A stretch of DNA of 64,000 nucleotides, taken from IMG/VR virus record IMGVR_UViG_3300020048_000118. One strand, given 5' to 3'. The notes under the pieces are model-generated. The model saw only the letters and a list, made by a program, of their open reading frames with translations, did no database searches and was not told the origin of the DNA. The position numbers and the translations under genes were made by a program. Source of the DNA: an uncultured virus (IMG/VR IMGVR_UViG_3300020048_000118). Taxonomy: Duplodnaviria; Heunggongvirae; Uroviricota; Caudoviricetes; Crassvirales. This document shows positions 1-9,752 of this stretch, in pieces (the stretch's first letter is position 1; each line of letters begins with the position of its first letter).

Positions 1-503
1 TGAAAAGGAGACTGGTAATTAACGATGACATGACCACCTGCTACAGGTACGACTGGAAGAGGGTCATGCTTGCAAGCGTTCTGCTGAACTTGGGGATGGG
101 CCTTGGATTTGTGTACATGGCCAACCTGCCGGAAAAGATACGACACGTGTACCATTCCGTGATAGTGAACGAAGAAAGCAATGACATGGCACTGACCGAT
201 AGCGGTCTGACCGCTGAGTTGGTTGCCAGCGGAGTTCTACTACCAAACGTAGCGGTTGCACAGGCAACGATCGAGTCTGGACTAGGCAAGTCCAAGGTTG
301 GACGTGAGGCCAAGAACCTGTTCGGTATTGTGTTCCACAGGTGCAAGCACGTGGCAGGCCAGTACGGAGCATACGCCAAGTACAATAGCTACAAGGACAA
401 CGTCAAGTGCTACGCTCACATACAGGGCCGTTACTTGAAGAACATCAACGGATCTTACGCCTCTGATCCTAGTTACGTAAACAAACTAAAAGAAATGAAA
501 TGA
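1..503 (+). CDS. GH73 glucosaminidase-family peptidoglycan hydrolase with N-terminal transmembrane segment (start probably 1 nt before the window)
   Basis: Motif AVAQATIESGLGKS...NLFGI and C-terminal YASDPSY typical of GH73/FlgJ; hydrophobic VMLASVLLNLGMGLGFVYM; frame open from window edge (tg-aaa-agg...), ORF track start at 30. Confidence 0.75.
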   Translation, partial: KRRLVINDDMTTCYRYDWKRVMLASVLLNLGMGLGFVYMANLPEKIRHVYHSVIVNEESNDMALTDSGLTAELVASGVLLPNVAVAQATIESGLGKSKVGREAKNLFGIVFHRCKHVAGQYGAYAKYNSYKDNVKCYAHIQGRYLKNINGSYASDPSYVNKLKEMK

Positions 504-649
504 GAAAGGCATTCGTTATCATAATGGTACTCGGGCTAGGTGCGATGAGCCTACCGCTGATAGTATGCGAGGAGATAATATCATTTATAAATGTAAAGAT
601 GAATCAACTAATAGAAAAAATACAAGACTATGGTGAAAAGATTAAATAG
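500..649 (+). CDS. Small hypothetical membrane protein (49 aa, MRKAFVIIMVLGLGAM...)
   Basis: Hand-translated; ATGA overlap with upstream stop and overlaps next start. Confidence 0.5.
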   Translation: MRKAFVIIMVLGLGAMSLPLIVCEEIISFINVKMNQLIEKIQDYGEKIK

Positions 650-929
650 ACAAGAAAAGTGGCAGATCGCACTTGAGACACTGATCAACAAGATGTTCGA
701 GATTGCAGGACACGATGTGACATTCAATGACATCGTTGACAGGAAAGACAACTGGTTCCAAGATTGGACCATGACCCCAGATCAGAACGACGAGTGGTGC
801 AAGTGGGGCAAGAAATACCTCATGAAATACATGAGGCTTTATGCCAAGACAGCACAGCGTGAGATGTTGATGATATCGTTAAATTGGGGGCTAAAATTAT
901 CTGAAAGTCCTTGGAAATCAGACAACTAA
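630..929 (+). CDS. Hypothetical phage protein
   Basis: ORF in tight operon, codon usage like neighbours. Confidence 0.6.
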   Translation: MVKRLNRQEKWQIALETLINKMFEIAGHDVTFNDIVDRKDNWFQDWTMTPDQNDEWCKWGKKYLMKYMRLYAKTAQREMLMISLNWGLKLSESPWKSDN

Positions 930-944
930 TGGTTAAATTTGTAT

Positions 945-1166
945 ATGAGTTTTGACAGCGTAAACAAGCCAAAGCACTACAACCAAGGTAAGGTTGAGGC
1001 AATCGATGCAATTGAATCGGCAACGATCGGAAAGACAGGTATCCAAGCAGTGTGCACTGCAAATGTGATCAAGTATTTATGGAGATTCGAGGACAAGGGC
1101 GGCTTCGAAGATATTAAGAAAGCCCAGTGGTACTTAAACAAATTAATAGATACATATGAAATTTAA
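945..1166 (+). CDS. DUF3310 family protein (T7 gp1.7-like nucleotide kinase family)
   Basis: VNKPKHYNQGKVEAIDAI...NVIKYLWR...EDIKKAQWYL pattern; TAAATTTG promoter at 934-941 supports ATG 945. Confidence 0.8.
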   Translation: MSFDSVNKPKHYNQGKVEAIDAIESATIGKTGIQAVCTANVIKYLWRFEDKGGFEDIKKAQWYLNKLIDTYEI

Positions 1167-1734
1167 AGAATTAAATTCAATCAACGTCAACAAGATGACG
1201 GAGAAAAAGGGCAATTTAACCTATTTGTCTTGGGCCTATGCATGGCAAGAGACAATGAAGGTTTGCCCAGACATGACACGTAAAGTGTATGAGAACGATC
1301 ATGGATGGAACTACCACACAGACGGCAGGACGTCATGGGTCAAGGTTGGTATCACCATTGACGGGCAAGAGCACATCGACTACCTACCAATCATGGACGC
1401 CAAGAACAAGGCCATCCCATTGGAGCAGGTTACATCGTTTGATGTGAACAAGGCGATCCAAAGGTCTACCACCAAGGCGATCGGATTACACGGACTGGGT
1501 CTTTATATCTATGCCGGCGAGGACATGCCAGACGATGAGAAGACAGCCAAGGCCACACCAACTGAAGGTGTTGTGATCGACCTAGAGATCGGTGATGAGA
1601 ACTGGGTAAGGGTTATGAACTTCTTAAATGCCAACAAGAAGAAGGGATCTAAGTTTATCCTTGAGCAGTTGGCCAAGAAGTACAACATCACAGACGTGAT
1701 CAGAACAGAGGTTAACAAGGAGGTTGCATCGTGA
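1156..1734 (+). CDS. Sak3/DUF1071-like single-strand annealing protein
   Basis: EKKGNLTYLSWAYAW...LPIMD...FDVNKAIQRSTTKAIGLHGLGLYIYAGED signature. Confidence 0.85.
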   Translation: MKFKELNSINVNKMTEKKGNLTYLSWAYAWQETMKVCPDMTRKVYENDHGWNYHTDGRTSWVKVGITIDGQEHIDYLPIMDAKNKAIPLEQVTSFDVNKAIQRSTTKAIGLHGLGLYIYAGEDMPDDEKTAKATPTEGVVIDLEIGDENWVRVMNFLNANKKKGSKFILEQLAKKYNITDVIRTEVNKEVAS

Positions 1735-2465
1735 CCCAAGAAATCCTAACAAGACTGAACAGCGACTCTGAGTATTACGGGGACTTCGGTAAGAAGTTCC
1801 TGTCTAACTCAGACATTGGCACACTTCTAAAGGACCCGTCATCGTATGGCAAGGACAAGGAGAAGACAGTACCCATGGTACAGGGATCTTACTTCCACAC
1901 CGCATTGCTGGAGCCACAGAAGATGGTAGACTTCTTGATCTGTGACGTATCATCTCGAAATACCAACAAGTACAAGGAGATGTGCGAGGCACACGGAACA
2001 GACATCATCCTACTATCCAAGGAGGTTGAGGAACTGGACTCGATGGTAGACTCAATCAAGGGACGAATGGACTTCTTTGACATGATCTACGAAGAGGGTA
2101 ACCTTTACGAACAGCCCGGCATTTCAAATGTATTGGGCGAGATATGGAAGGGAAAGGCTGACATCATTTCATCTGATTTTGTCATCGACCTCAAGACCAC
2201 ATCAAACATCGAGGATTTCAAGTACTCTGCAAGGAAGTACAACTACGACTCACAGGCCTACATCTACAACCAGATCTTCGGCAAGCCGGTCATCTTTATC
2301 GCTGTAGAGAAGGGCACCAACAAGACAGGACTATTCGATTGCTCGGAAGAGTTCCTAGACAGAGGAAAAGAGAAAGTGCAAAGAGCAGTAGAAGTATGGC
2401 GCAAGTTCTTCGGGCCAAATAAAACGGAGGACATCACACAATATTACACAAAAGAAACACTATGA
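1731..2465 (+). CDS. PD-(D/E)XK exonuclease (exonuclease VIII/DUF3799-like)
   Basis: LSNS, GSYFHTALLEP, KGKAD...IDLKTT, YDSQAYIY motifs; adjacent to annealase. Confidence 0.8.
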   Translation: MTQEILTRLNSDSEYYGDFGKKFLSNSDIGTLLKDPSSYGKDKEKTVPMVQGSYFHTALLEPQKMVDFLICDVSSRNTNKYKEMCEAHGTDIILLSKEVEELDSMVDSIKGRMDFFDMIYEEGNLYEQPGISNVLGEIWKGKADIISSDFVIDLKTTSNIEDFKYSARKYNYDSQAYIYNQIFGKPVIFIAVEKGTNKTGLFDCSEEFLDRGKEKVQRAVEVWRKFFGPNKTEDITQYYTKETL

Positions 2466-2752
2466 GTACACTAATCAGTTTATCAATCGACGTGACTAAG
2501 ATCACGAAAAGCAAAATCAAGGACGGAAAGTACCTTGACGTAACCATCTCTGTAGACGATGCAACGAACCAGTGGGGCAAGAACGCTTCCATCTACGAGT
2601 CGCAGACAAAAGAGGAACGCGAAGCGAAGGCCCCTAAAGCCTACATCGGAGGCGGAAAGGTAGTTTGGACTGACGGAAGCATTAAAGTGGCTGAGAAGTC
2701 CTCTAATGAGCCCAAGAAGGACAGCGCACCATCCGAAGAGTTACCGTTCTAA
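2462..2752 (+). CDS. Putative single-stranded DNA-binding protein
   Basis: Small beta-rich protein with acidic EELPF C-terminal tip; follows annealase and exonuclease. Confidence 0.7.
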   Translation: MSTLISLSIDVTKITKSKIKDGKYLDVTISVDDATNQWGKNASIYESQTKEEREAKAPKAYIGGGKVVWTDGSIKVAEKSSNEPKKDSAPSEELPF

Positions 2753-2760
2753 GAAACCAA

Positions 2761-3006
2761 GACACAGGCACATGGGACTGCCCCATGTGTCGTTGTGTCG
2801 GTTTTTAGGTCCCCTACTCTATATATATAAAATTGTATTCTATATATATTTTTTTTAAATTACTAATAAGTATAGTAAAAATCGACACAAAATAGCTAAG
2901 TAGAAGAAATTCAATGAGTTTGGTTGTGTCGGTTCATTTTAAAATCGACACTAAGTCGACACAAACCCCAAAAAATCGACACAAAATGCAAAAAATCGAC
3001 ACAAAA
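2761..3006. promoter_or_regulatory. Putative replication origin A: hairpin, AT-rich core and (T)CGACAC iterons
   Basis: Hairpin gacacaggcacatggg-actgc-cccatgtgtcgttgtgtc (2761-2799); AT core 2814-2880; TCGACAC at about 2882, 2945, 2956, 2976, 2996 and inverted GTGTCG copies; lies upstream of primase-helicase; homologous copy at 59.8 kb. Confidence 0.6.
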
Positions 3007-3351
3007 ACCATACCTTCGAACACTCAAATCGTGAGAGCGACAGTAAATGACAAGAGGAAAATAAGAGTTTACGTGAACATGGAGAGGGTAAGAGAGTTTG
3101 ACACAATACAAGAAGCAATTAAATTTATGATAGAAGCAAAAATCAAGGCCAAGGAGATGGTCGAGTATTACATGAAGAACAGGAGCTTTAAGATTAGCGA
3201 CGACTCACGTATTGAGTGGCCTACCGCAAAGCTGTTCGCAACCAAAGAAATTCAGAGCATGCTCGGAGTGGCATTCACGTTCACTGGAAAGCAAGCCGAC
3301 GAAATGTATGAGTACCTTCACAGAGTAAGACAAGAGATCGATAACTTATGA
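2986..3351 (+). CDS. Hypothetical protein (start uncertain: 2986 or later)
   Basis: ORF overlapping next gene; the 2914 start runs through the iterons. Confidence 0.5.
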   Translation: MQKIDTKTIPSNTQIVRATVNDKRKIRVYVNMERVREFDTIQEAIKFMIEAKIKAKEMVEYYMKNRSFKISDDSRIEWPTAKLFATKEIQSMLGVAFTFTGKQADEMYEYLHRVRQEIDNL

Positions 3352-3551
3352 GCGATATAACTAAATGCAAAGGAGAGGGATGTCCCATGAAGGAGACATG
3401 CCACAGGTTCACGGACCCAGCGACTGAGTATCAGTCATACTTCACTGAGTCCCCGATCATAGACGGCAAGTGCAGCATGTACTGGGGACAGACACAGCAG
3501 GACATCATGGACGTGTTGCAAGACATCATAAATGGTTCTGCATATAAATGA
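3348..3551 (+). CDS. Small Cys-containing phage protein (DITKCKGEGCPMKETCHRF)
   Basis: ATGA-coupled ORF with clustered Cys pattern. Confidence 0.65.
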   Translation: MSDITKCKGEGCPMKETCHRFTDPATEYQSYFTESPIIDGKCSMYWGQTQQDIMDVLQDIINGSAYK

Positions 3552-5962
3552 ACAAATCAAATCCAATGGGAAACATAACAATATTCAAGAGCATCAAGGA
3601 CACGTCGGCACCATTCTACAGGTCGGTCGACTACATCATTCACAGGATCAAGGAGGGCAAGTCTAAGGACATCGTCAAGCGGATCAGAGAGGAGAAGGAC
3701 AAGGAGAAACGAAACCAGATCAAGAAGGAGCTACCGGCTATCTGCTTCTCTGGTGAGTTCACACGCAGGGAAGACTCTGCACTGGTCTCTCACTCTGGCG
3801 TGATCTGCTTAGACTTCGATGGCTTCTCAAAGAAGGCAGACATGCTTGCCAAGAAGGAGGAGTTCACTAAGGACAAGTACACCCTATCAGTGTTCATATC
3901 GCCATCTGGCGATGGGCTCAAGTTGTTGGTTAAGATACCGGCAGACGAGGACAAGCACAAGAGCTACTTCAAGTCACTAGAGAAGTACTACAACTGCGAG
4001 CAGTTTGACAAGACATCGAAGAACATCTCCCGTGTGTGCTATGAGTCTTACGATCCATTGATATTCCATAACCCAGAGTCTAAGGAATGGGACAAGGTAT
4101 CAGAGGAAGAGTTCGAGCAGATCAAGAGGCCAGACAACGAACGCACTATCACGCTTACGGACCAAAACGAAATTGTACGCAGGCTCCGCCTTTGGTGGGA
4201 GCGCCAGTACGGGATCGTGGTTGGAGAGAGAAACGCCAACGTATACATCCTAGCATCTGCATTCAATGACTTTGGTGTCAACAAGGAGCTAGCGAGCTAC
4301 GTACTAGGAGAGTTTGCACACGATGACTTCCCGCTTTCTGAGATCAAGACCACAATCGACAGCGCTTACCGTAAGGAGCAGAACTTCAATACCAAGTTCT
4401 TCGAGGACCGGGACGCTATCGACAGCGTGAGAAGGCAGATCAAGAAGGGCGTGCCAAAAAAGGAGATCCGTCAACAGCTTAGAGATTCCGGGCTGAGTGA
4501 CGGTGTGTCTGATGCCGTAATGGTAAAGATAGAGGAGGACTCATCAAGCAAAGAATTTTGGACCAAGTCATCGAAGGGTGCGGTCAGTGTTGTACATTAT
4601 TTATTAAAAGAATTTCTAGAAGACAATGGTTACTTTAAGTATTCGCCGGAGGGCACAAAAAACTATATTTTTGTTAAGGTTACGAATAACCTTATTTCTA
4701 ATGCATCTGAAGATGAAATCAAGGACTTTGTTCTAGAGTATCTCTTCAACATGGAAGACCTTTCCATCTACAACCACTTTGCAGACAAGACTAGATACTT
4801 CAAGGAAGACTTCCTGTCTCTGCTGTCGCCGGTCGACGTGTACTTTGTAGAGGACGACAAGGACAATGCATACCTGTACTACAGGAACTGCGCTGTCAAG
4901 GCCAACTGCAACGAGATCGTTATGATCGACTACATCGACCTTGGTGGTTACGTGTGGAAGGATCAGGTAATCGATAGGGACTTTGAGATATGCGATGCAC
5001 ATGACTGCGACTTCAAGACATTCATCTCCAACATATCTGGAGGAGAGAGGGACCGTGTAAGATCGGTAGAGAGTACAGTTGGTTTCTTGCTTCACAGCTA
5101 CAAGAACCACGGGTACTGCCCTGCGGTTATCATCAATGACGAGGTCATCACCGACAACCCAGAGGGTGGTACAGGTAAGGGACTATTCATGAACGCCATC
5201 TCTAGGATGAAAAAGTCATCGGTGATCGACGGAAAGAGTTTCAACTTCGAGAGGAGCTTCGCTTACCAGACCGTGTCAACCGATACACAGATTATCGTGT
5301 TTGATGACGTGAGAAGGAACTTTGACTTTGAGAGGTTGTTCTCTATCGTTACCGAGGGTATCACTCTTGAGAAGAAGAACAAAGACGCCATCAAGATACC
5401 GTTCCACAAGTCGCCGAAGGTGGTTATCACGACCAACTACGCGATCAAGGGAAAGGGTAACTCATTCGAGAGACGCAAGTGGGAGCTAGAGTTCAAGCAA
5501 TACTACAACAAGGACTTCACGCCACACGTAGAGTTTGGCCGGTTGCTGTTCGAGGACTGGAACGATGACGATTGGTGTAAGTTTGACAACTACATGGTCA
5601 ATAACCTAAAGAACTACCTATGCTTTGGATTTATTAAGTCTGACTTTAAGAATCTTAAGACACGTAAGTTTATCGCAGAGACAGACCACAGCTTCTGGGA
5701 GTGGATGACAGACAGCGAGAACAGGTACCTAAGAACAAACTCTAAGATCTACAAGGAGGACGTGTACAAGGACTTCGTGTTGGACAACCCTGACTTTGGT
5801 CAGAGAGGAAAGACATCGATATCGTTGAACAAGTTCTACAAGTGGCTCGAGTCGTTCGGTATGTTCTACACCGGAGAGACCGTAGAGCAGGGACGTGATG
5901 GTTCTGGACGATGGATCAAGTTTATCAAGAAAGAGCCAGAGCAATCTGAATTTGAATTCTGA
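3548..5962 (+). CDS. Primase-helicase: BT4734/VirE-N-like primase-polymerase domain, primase C-terminal domain, SF3/D5-like helicase
   Basis: KKELPAICFSG, CLDFD, ISPSGDGLK, SRVCYESYDP (BT4734-like); GERN; Walker A GGTGKG, Walker B IIVFDD, VITTN. Confidence 0.85.
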   Translation: MNKSNPMGNITIFKSIKDTSAPFYRSVDYIIHRIKEGKSKDIVKRIREEKDKEKRNQIKKELPAICFSGEFTRREDSALVSHSGVICLDFDGFSKKADMLAKKEEFTKDKYTLSVFISPSGDGLKLLVKIPADEDKHKSYFKSLEKYYNCEQFDKTSKNISRVCYESYDPLIFHNPESKEWDKVSEEEFEQIKRPDNERTITLTDQNEIVRRLRLWWERQYGIVVGERNANVYILASAFNDFGVNKELASYVLGEFAHDDFPLSEIKTTIDSAYRKEQNFNTKFFEDRDAIDSVRRQIKKGVPKKEIRQQLRDSGLSDGVSDAVMVKIEEDSSSKEFWTKSSKGAVSVVHYLLKEFLEDNGYFKYSPEGTKNYIFVKVTNNLISNASEDEIKDFVLEYLFNMEDLSIYNHFADKTRYFKEDFLSLLSPVDVYFVEDDKDNAYLYYRNCAVKANCNEIVMIDYIDLGGYVWKDQVIDRDFEICDAHDCDFKTFISNISGGERDRVRSVESTVGFLLHSYKNHGYCPAVIINDEVITDNPEGGTGKGLFMNAISRMKKSSVIDGKSFNFERSFAYQTVSTDTQIIVFDDVRRNFDFERLFSIVTEGITLEKKNKDAIKIPFHKSPKVVITTNYAIKGKGNSFERRKWELEFKQYYNKDFTPHVEFGRLLFEDWNDDDWCKFDNYMVNNLKNYLCFGFIKSDFKNLKTRKFIAETDHSFWEWMTDSENRYLRTNSKIYKEDVYKDFVLDNPDFGQRGKTSISLNKFYKWLESFGMFYTGETVEQGRDGSGRWIKFIKKEPEQSEFEF

Positions 5963-7212
5963 TGGAAAATAAAATCACATTAAGACCATACCAGCAGGAC
6001 ATAGTGGAAAAAACTTGCAAATTATTGAGGGGAGCCCCTCGTTTTGCATATCTTTCCATGGAAGTTAGGACGGGCAAGACCTTGACGGCCTTGTCTGCCC
6101 TTGACTGTGTCGGTGACATATCCACAGTTCTATTTGTCACCAAGAAGAAGGCCATCACTGGTATTCAGAAAGACTACAAGGCATTGGCCCCATCTTACAG
6201 CTGCGAGTTTATCAACTACGAGAGCTTGCATAAGATAGACATTGAAAAGATAGACGCAGTTATATTTGACGAGGCACACAGCATGGGAGCATTTCCTAAG
6301 CCATCAAATAGAACGTTGCAGGCTCGTTATCTGGTTCACAAGCATAACCCTTACGTTATCTTTCTGTCTGGAACACCATCACCGGAGTCATACTCACAGA
6401 TGTACCATCAGATGTGGGTTCTTGGGGACAGGTCTCCATTCTATGAGATTAACTTTTACAAGTGGGCACATGGCTACGTAAAAATATGGGAGCGGATGAT
6501 CAATGGGTTTCGTGTTAACGACTACTCGAATGGAATTAAGGAGAGCATCATGCCTGCGGTACAGCCCTACATGATCAGCTACACACAGTCAGAGGCCGGG
6601 TTCACGTCCAAGGTAAACGAGCACATCCTAAAGGTTACCATGTCTGACATGACGTACAACATTGCTGACAGGCTGAAGCGTGACCTATTGTTTGAGGGAA
6701 AGGATGACGTGATACTTGCGGACACACCGGTAAAGCTGATGCAGAAGTTACACCAGATCTACAGCGGAACTGTCATCTTAGAGTCAGGAAAAGCAATTGT
6801 GCTTGACAAGACCAAGGCTGAGTTTATCAAGGAGCGCTTTAAGGGAAAACGCATAGCGGTGTTCTATAAGTTCCAAGCTGAGCTAGAAAGCTTGTTGTCT
6901 GTATATCAAGAAGATATGACCACCGATTTAGGAAAATTTCATGCAGGTGAGTGTAACAATTTCGCAATACAAATTGTTACCGGGCGTGAGGGGATATCTC
7001 TGAAGGAGGCCGACTACTTAGTCTACTACAACATTGATTTCTCGGCCACGTCTTACTGGCAGAGCCGGGATCGCCTAACTACGATGGACAGGCCGGAGAA
7101 CAATGTGTACTGGATCTTTGCTGAGGGTGGTATCGAGGAGAAAATTTATAAGGTTGTTCAAGGAAAGAAGCCGTACACAGTTTCACACTTTAAGCGTGAT
7201 ATTTTGAAGTAA
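5962..7212 (+). CDS. SF2 (SNF2-like) DNA helicase
   Basis: LRPYQ, RTGKT, FDEAH, LSGTP, GREGISL, QSRDR motifs. Confidence 0.85.
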   Translation: MENKITLRPYQQDIVEKTCKLLRGAPRFAYLSMEVRTGKTLTALSALDCVGDISTVLFVTKKKAITGIQKDYKALAPSYSCEFINYESLHKIDIEKIDAVIFDEAHSMGAFPKPSNRTLQARYLVHKHNPYVIFLSGTPSPESYSQMYHQMWVLGDRSPFYEINFYKWAHGYVKIWERMINGFRVNDYSNGIKESIMPAVQPYMISYTQSEAGFTSKVNEHILKVTMSDMTYNIADRLKRDLLFEGKDDVILADTPVKLMQKLHQIYSGTVILESGKAIVLDKTKAEFIKERFKGKRIAVFYKFQAELESLLSVYQEDMTTDLGKFHAGECNNFAIQIVTGREGISLKEADYLVYYNIDFSATSYWQSRDRLTTMDRPENNVYWIFAEGGIEEKIYKVVQGKKPYTVSHFKRDILK

Positions 7213-7218
7213 AGGTGC

Positions 7219-7226
7219 TATATTTG
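7219..7226 (+). promoter_or_regulatory. Bacteroidota sigma70 -7 element TATATTTG
   Basis: Matches TAnnTTTG, 7 nt before ATG 7234. Confidence 0.65.
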
Positions 7227-7233
7227 CAACCCC

Positions 7234-7494
7234 ATGTTAGAATCTAAGCTGCAATCAAAGATGATCAAGCTTGCTGAGGAAAACGGGTGGTACGTCCTAA
7301 AACTTTTGAGCACTAATAAACCAGGGATCCCCGATCTGTACATGTATCGGGATGGAAGAACTGTCTTTGTTGAGGTCAAGAGAGAGGGAGGTAAAGCCCG
7401 GCCACTGCAAGAGTATCGGATTAAAGAATTAAAAGAGATAGGAGTCGAGGCCTTAGTCTGCGACTCAATTGAAAAATTTAAAGAACTATTATGA
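7234..7494 (+). CDS. VRR-NUC domain nuclease
   Basis: ESKLQ...GIPDL...FVEVKREGGKARPLQ motif. Confidence 0.85.
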   Translation: MLESKLQSKMIKLAEENGWYVLKLLSTNKPGIPDLYMYRDGRTVFVEVKREGGKARPLQEYRIKELKEIGVEALVCDSIEKFKELL

Positions 7495-7892
7495 AAAACC
7501 TAATAACACAAGCACATGAAATGGCCAAGAGCAAAGGCTTTTGGGACGGAGAAGAACGAAACATTCCGCAAGCATTATTATTAATTATCTCAGAGGTTTC
7601 TGAGGCTACAGAAGCGCTGCGAAAAGACCACTACGCAGACAAGGCTGCCGTAGAGTCATTGTCTCAAGACCTTGAGTTAGACAGGACAGACGAGGAATTC
7701 TTGCTAAAAGCAATCAATTGGAAGACATCGTTTGAGCAAGGCGTTAAGTCGTCTTTTGAAGACGAAATCGCAGACGTAGCTATCCGATTATTCGACCTAT
7801 GTGGTGGTCTTGGTGTGGACCTTGAAAAACACATCGAATTAAAAATGATGTACAACTCAATGCGTGGATACAAACACGGTAAGAAATTTTAA
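7491..7892 (+). CDS. MazG-like NTP pyrophosphohydrolase
   Basis: SEVSEATEA...EDEIADVAIRLFDL, KMMYN. Confidence 0.8.
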   Translation: MKNLITQAHEMAKSKGFWDGEERNIPQALLLIISEVSEATEALRKDHYADKAAVESLSQDLELDRTDEEFLLKAINWKTSFEQGVKSSFEDEIADVAIRLFDLCGGLGVDLEKHIELKMMYNSMRGYKHGKKF

Positions 7893-7895
7893 GTT

Positions 7896-9752
7896 ATGAA
7901 ACTAGAGAAAGAAATACTATCGGATATCGTAATTTGGAGCAAATACGCCCGCTTCGTACCTGAGTTGAACAGAAGAGAGACGTGGACCGAACTTGTTACA
8001 CGCAACAAGGAAATGCACTTGAGAAAGTTTCCTCAGATGACCGCCTTGATCGAGAGAGCTTATGAGTTGGTATATGCCAAGAAGATCCTCCCATCTATGC
8101 GTTCGCTTCAGTTTGGTGGAAGGCCAATCGAGGTAAACAACACTCGTTTGTTTAACTGCTCTTACTTGTCGGTTGACGATTACCGTGCGTTCTCAGAGAC
8201 CATGTTTCTACTTCTTTGCGGAACTGGTGTTGGATACTCAGTACAGTCATTCAACATTGAGAAGCTTCCGGCAATTTCCAAGGGAACCAAGACCCGCAGG
8301 TACTTAGTTGGTGACTCTATCGAGGGTTGGGCTGACGCTGTAAAGGTTTTGATCAAGGGTTACTTAGGCCTTAGCGCCACGGTACCTACGTTTGACTTCC
8401 GTGCGATCAGACCAAAGGGAGAAAGACTTATCACATCTGGTGGTGTTGCCCCAGGTCCTGAGCCATTGAAGATCTGCTTGATGCACATCCAGTCAATCTT
8501 GGACCGCAAGTCTGACGGTGACAGGCTTACATCTGTAGAGTGTCACGACATCATGTGCTTTATCGCAGATGCGGTATTAAGTGGTGGTATCAGACGCAGT
8601 GCGATGATCGCTTTGTTTGACCTTTACGACGAGGACATGCTCACATCTAAGTTCGGCAACTGGTGGGAACTAAACCCACAGCGTGCACGTGCCAATAACT
8701 CTGCTATCCTAAAGCGTGATAGTGTATCTAAAGAGGAGTTCCTTGGTCTATGGAAAAAAATTGAGCTTAGCAATTCTGGTGAGCCCGGTTTTTACTTCAG
8801 CGATAACGAGACCATGGGCACCAACCCCTGCGCTGAGATTGCATTGAACCCGTTCCAGTTCTGTAACTTGGTAGAGGTGAACGCATCTGACATCAAGGAC
8901 CAGGACGACTTGAATGACCGTGTGTACTGGGCCTCTGTTATTGGAACCATGCAGGCAAGCTACACTGACTTCCATTACCTGCGTCCGATCTGGAAAGAGA
9001 CTACGGAGCGCGAGGCATTACTGGGAATCGGGATGACCGGTATCGCTAGTGGTGCTGTGATGAAGATGAACCTTCAGCTGGCCGTTAACCAAGCGATATA
9101 CGCAAACGTGTCTGTGTCTGAGATGATCGGAATCAACCCGGCAGCTCGCATCACGTGCGTGAAGCCATCTGGGACCTCTTCCTTGGTCTTGGGGACTTCG
9201 TCTGGTATCCATGCATGGCACGACGAGTATTACGTCCGCAGGATGCGTATTGGAAAGAATGAGGCGATGTACACGTACCTGTCGATCTACCATCCTGAGA
9301 TGTTGGAGGACGACGTGTTCAAGCCACAGCAGCAAGCTGTCGTGTCTGTTCCGCAGTCTGCACCGGTTGGTGCCATCACTAGGAAGGATGAGACCGCTAT
9401 TGAGTTCTTAGAGCGTGTCAAGTACTTCCACGAGTTCTGGATCACACCTGGACACATGCGTGGAGATAATACACACAACGTGAGTGCTACTGTGACCATG
9501 GGTCAGACCGAGTGGCCAGCAGTTGGAGAGTGGTTATGGGAGAACAAGCAGTTCTTTAACGGACTTTCTTTCTTGCCGGAGGACCTTGGCACTTACGTTC
9601 AGACTCCATTCGAGACCATTACAAAGGAGAAGTACGATCAACTCGTTACAAATCTTAACGCTTTGGATGTCGCAAAGATTGTAGAGATTAGCGACAAGAC
9701 AAATCTCATGGACCAAGCCGCTTGCGCTGGCGGTGCTTGTGAAGTTTCATAG
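7896..9752 (+). CDS. nrdJ: Class II (adenosylcobalamin-dependent) ribonucleotide reductase, monomeric type
   Basis: PSMRSL, FNCS, GGIRRSA, TNPCAEI, CVKPSGT motifs and C-terminal CAGGAC; no beta-subunit gene present. Confidence 0.9.
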   Translation: MKLEKEILSDIVIWSKYARFVPELNRRETWTELVTRNKEMHLRKFPQMTALIERAYELVYAKKILPSMRSLQFGGRPIEVNNTRLFNCSYLSVDDYRAFSETMFLLLCGTGVGYSVQSFNIEKLPAISKGTKTRRYLVGDSIEGWADAVKVLIKGYLGLSATVPTFDFRAIRPKGERLITSGGVAPGPEPLKICLMHIQSILDRKSDGDRLTSVECHDIMCFIADAVLSGGIRRSAMIALFDLYDEDMLTSKFGNWWELNPQRARANNSAILKRDSVSKEEFLGLWKKIELSNSGEPGFYFSDNETMGTNPCAEIALNPFQFCNLVEVNASDIKDQDDLNDRVYWASVIGTMQASYTDFHYLRPIWKETTEREALLGIGMTGIASGAVMKMNLQLAVNQAIYANVSVSEMIGINPAARITCVKPSGTSSLVLGTSSGIHAWHDEYYVRRMRIGKNEAMYTYLSIYHPEMLEDDVFKPQQQAVVSVPQSAPVGAITRKDETAIEFLERVKYFHEFWITPGHMRGDNTHNVSATVTMGQTEWPAVGEWLWENKQFFNGLSFLPEDLGTYVQTPFETITKEKYDQLVTNLNALDVAKIVEISDKTNLMDQAACAGGACEVS

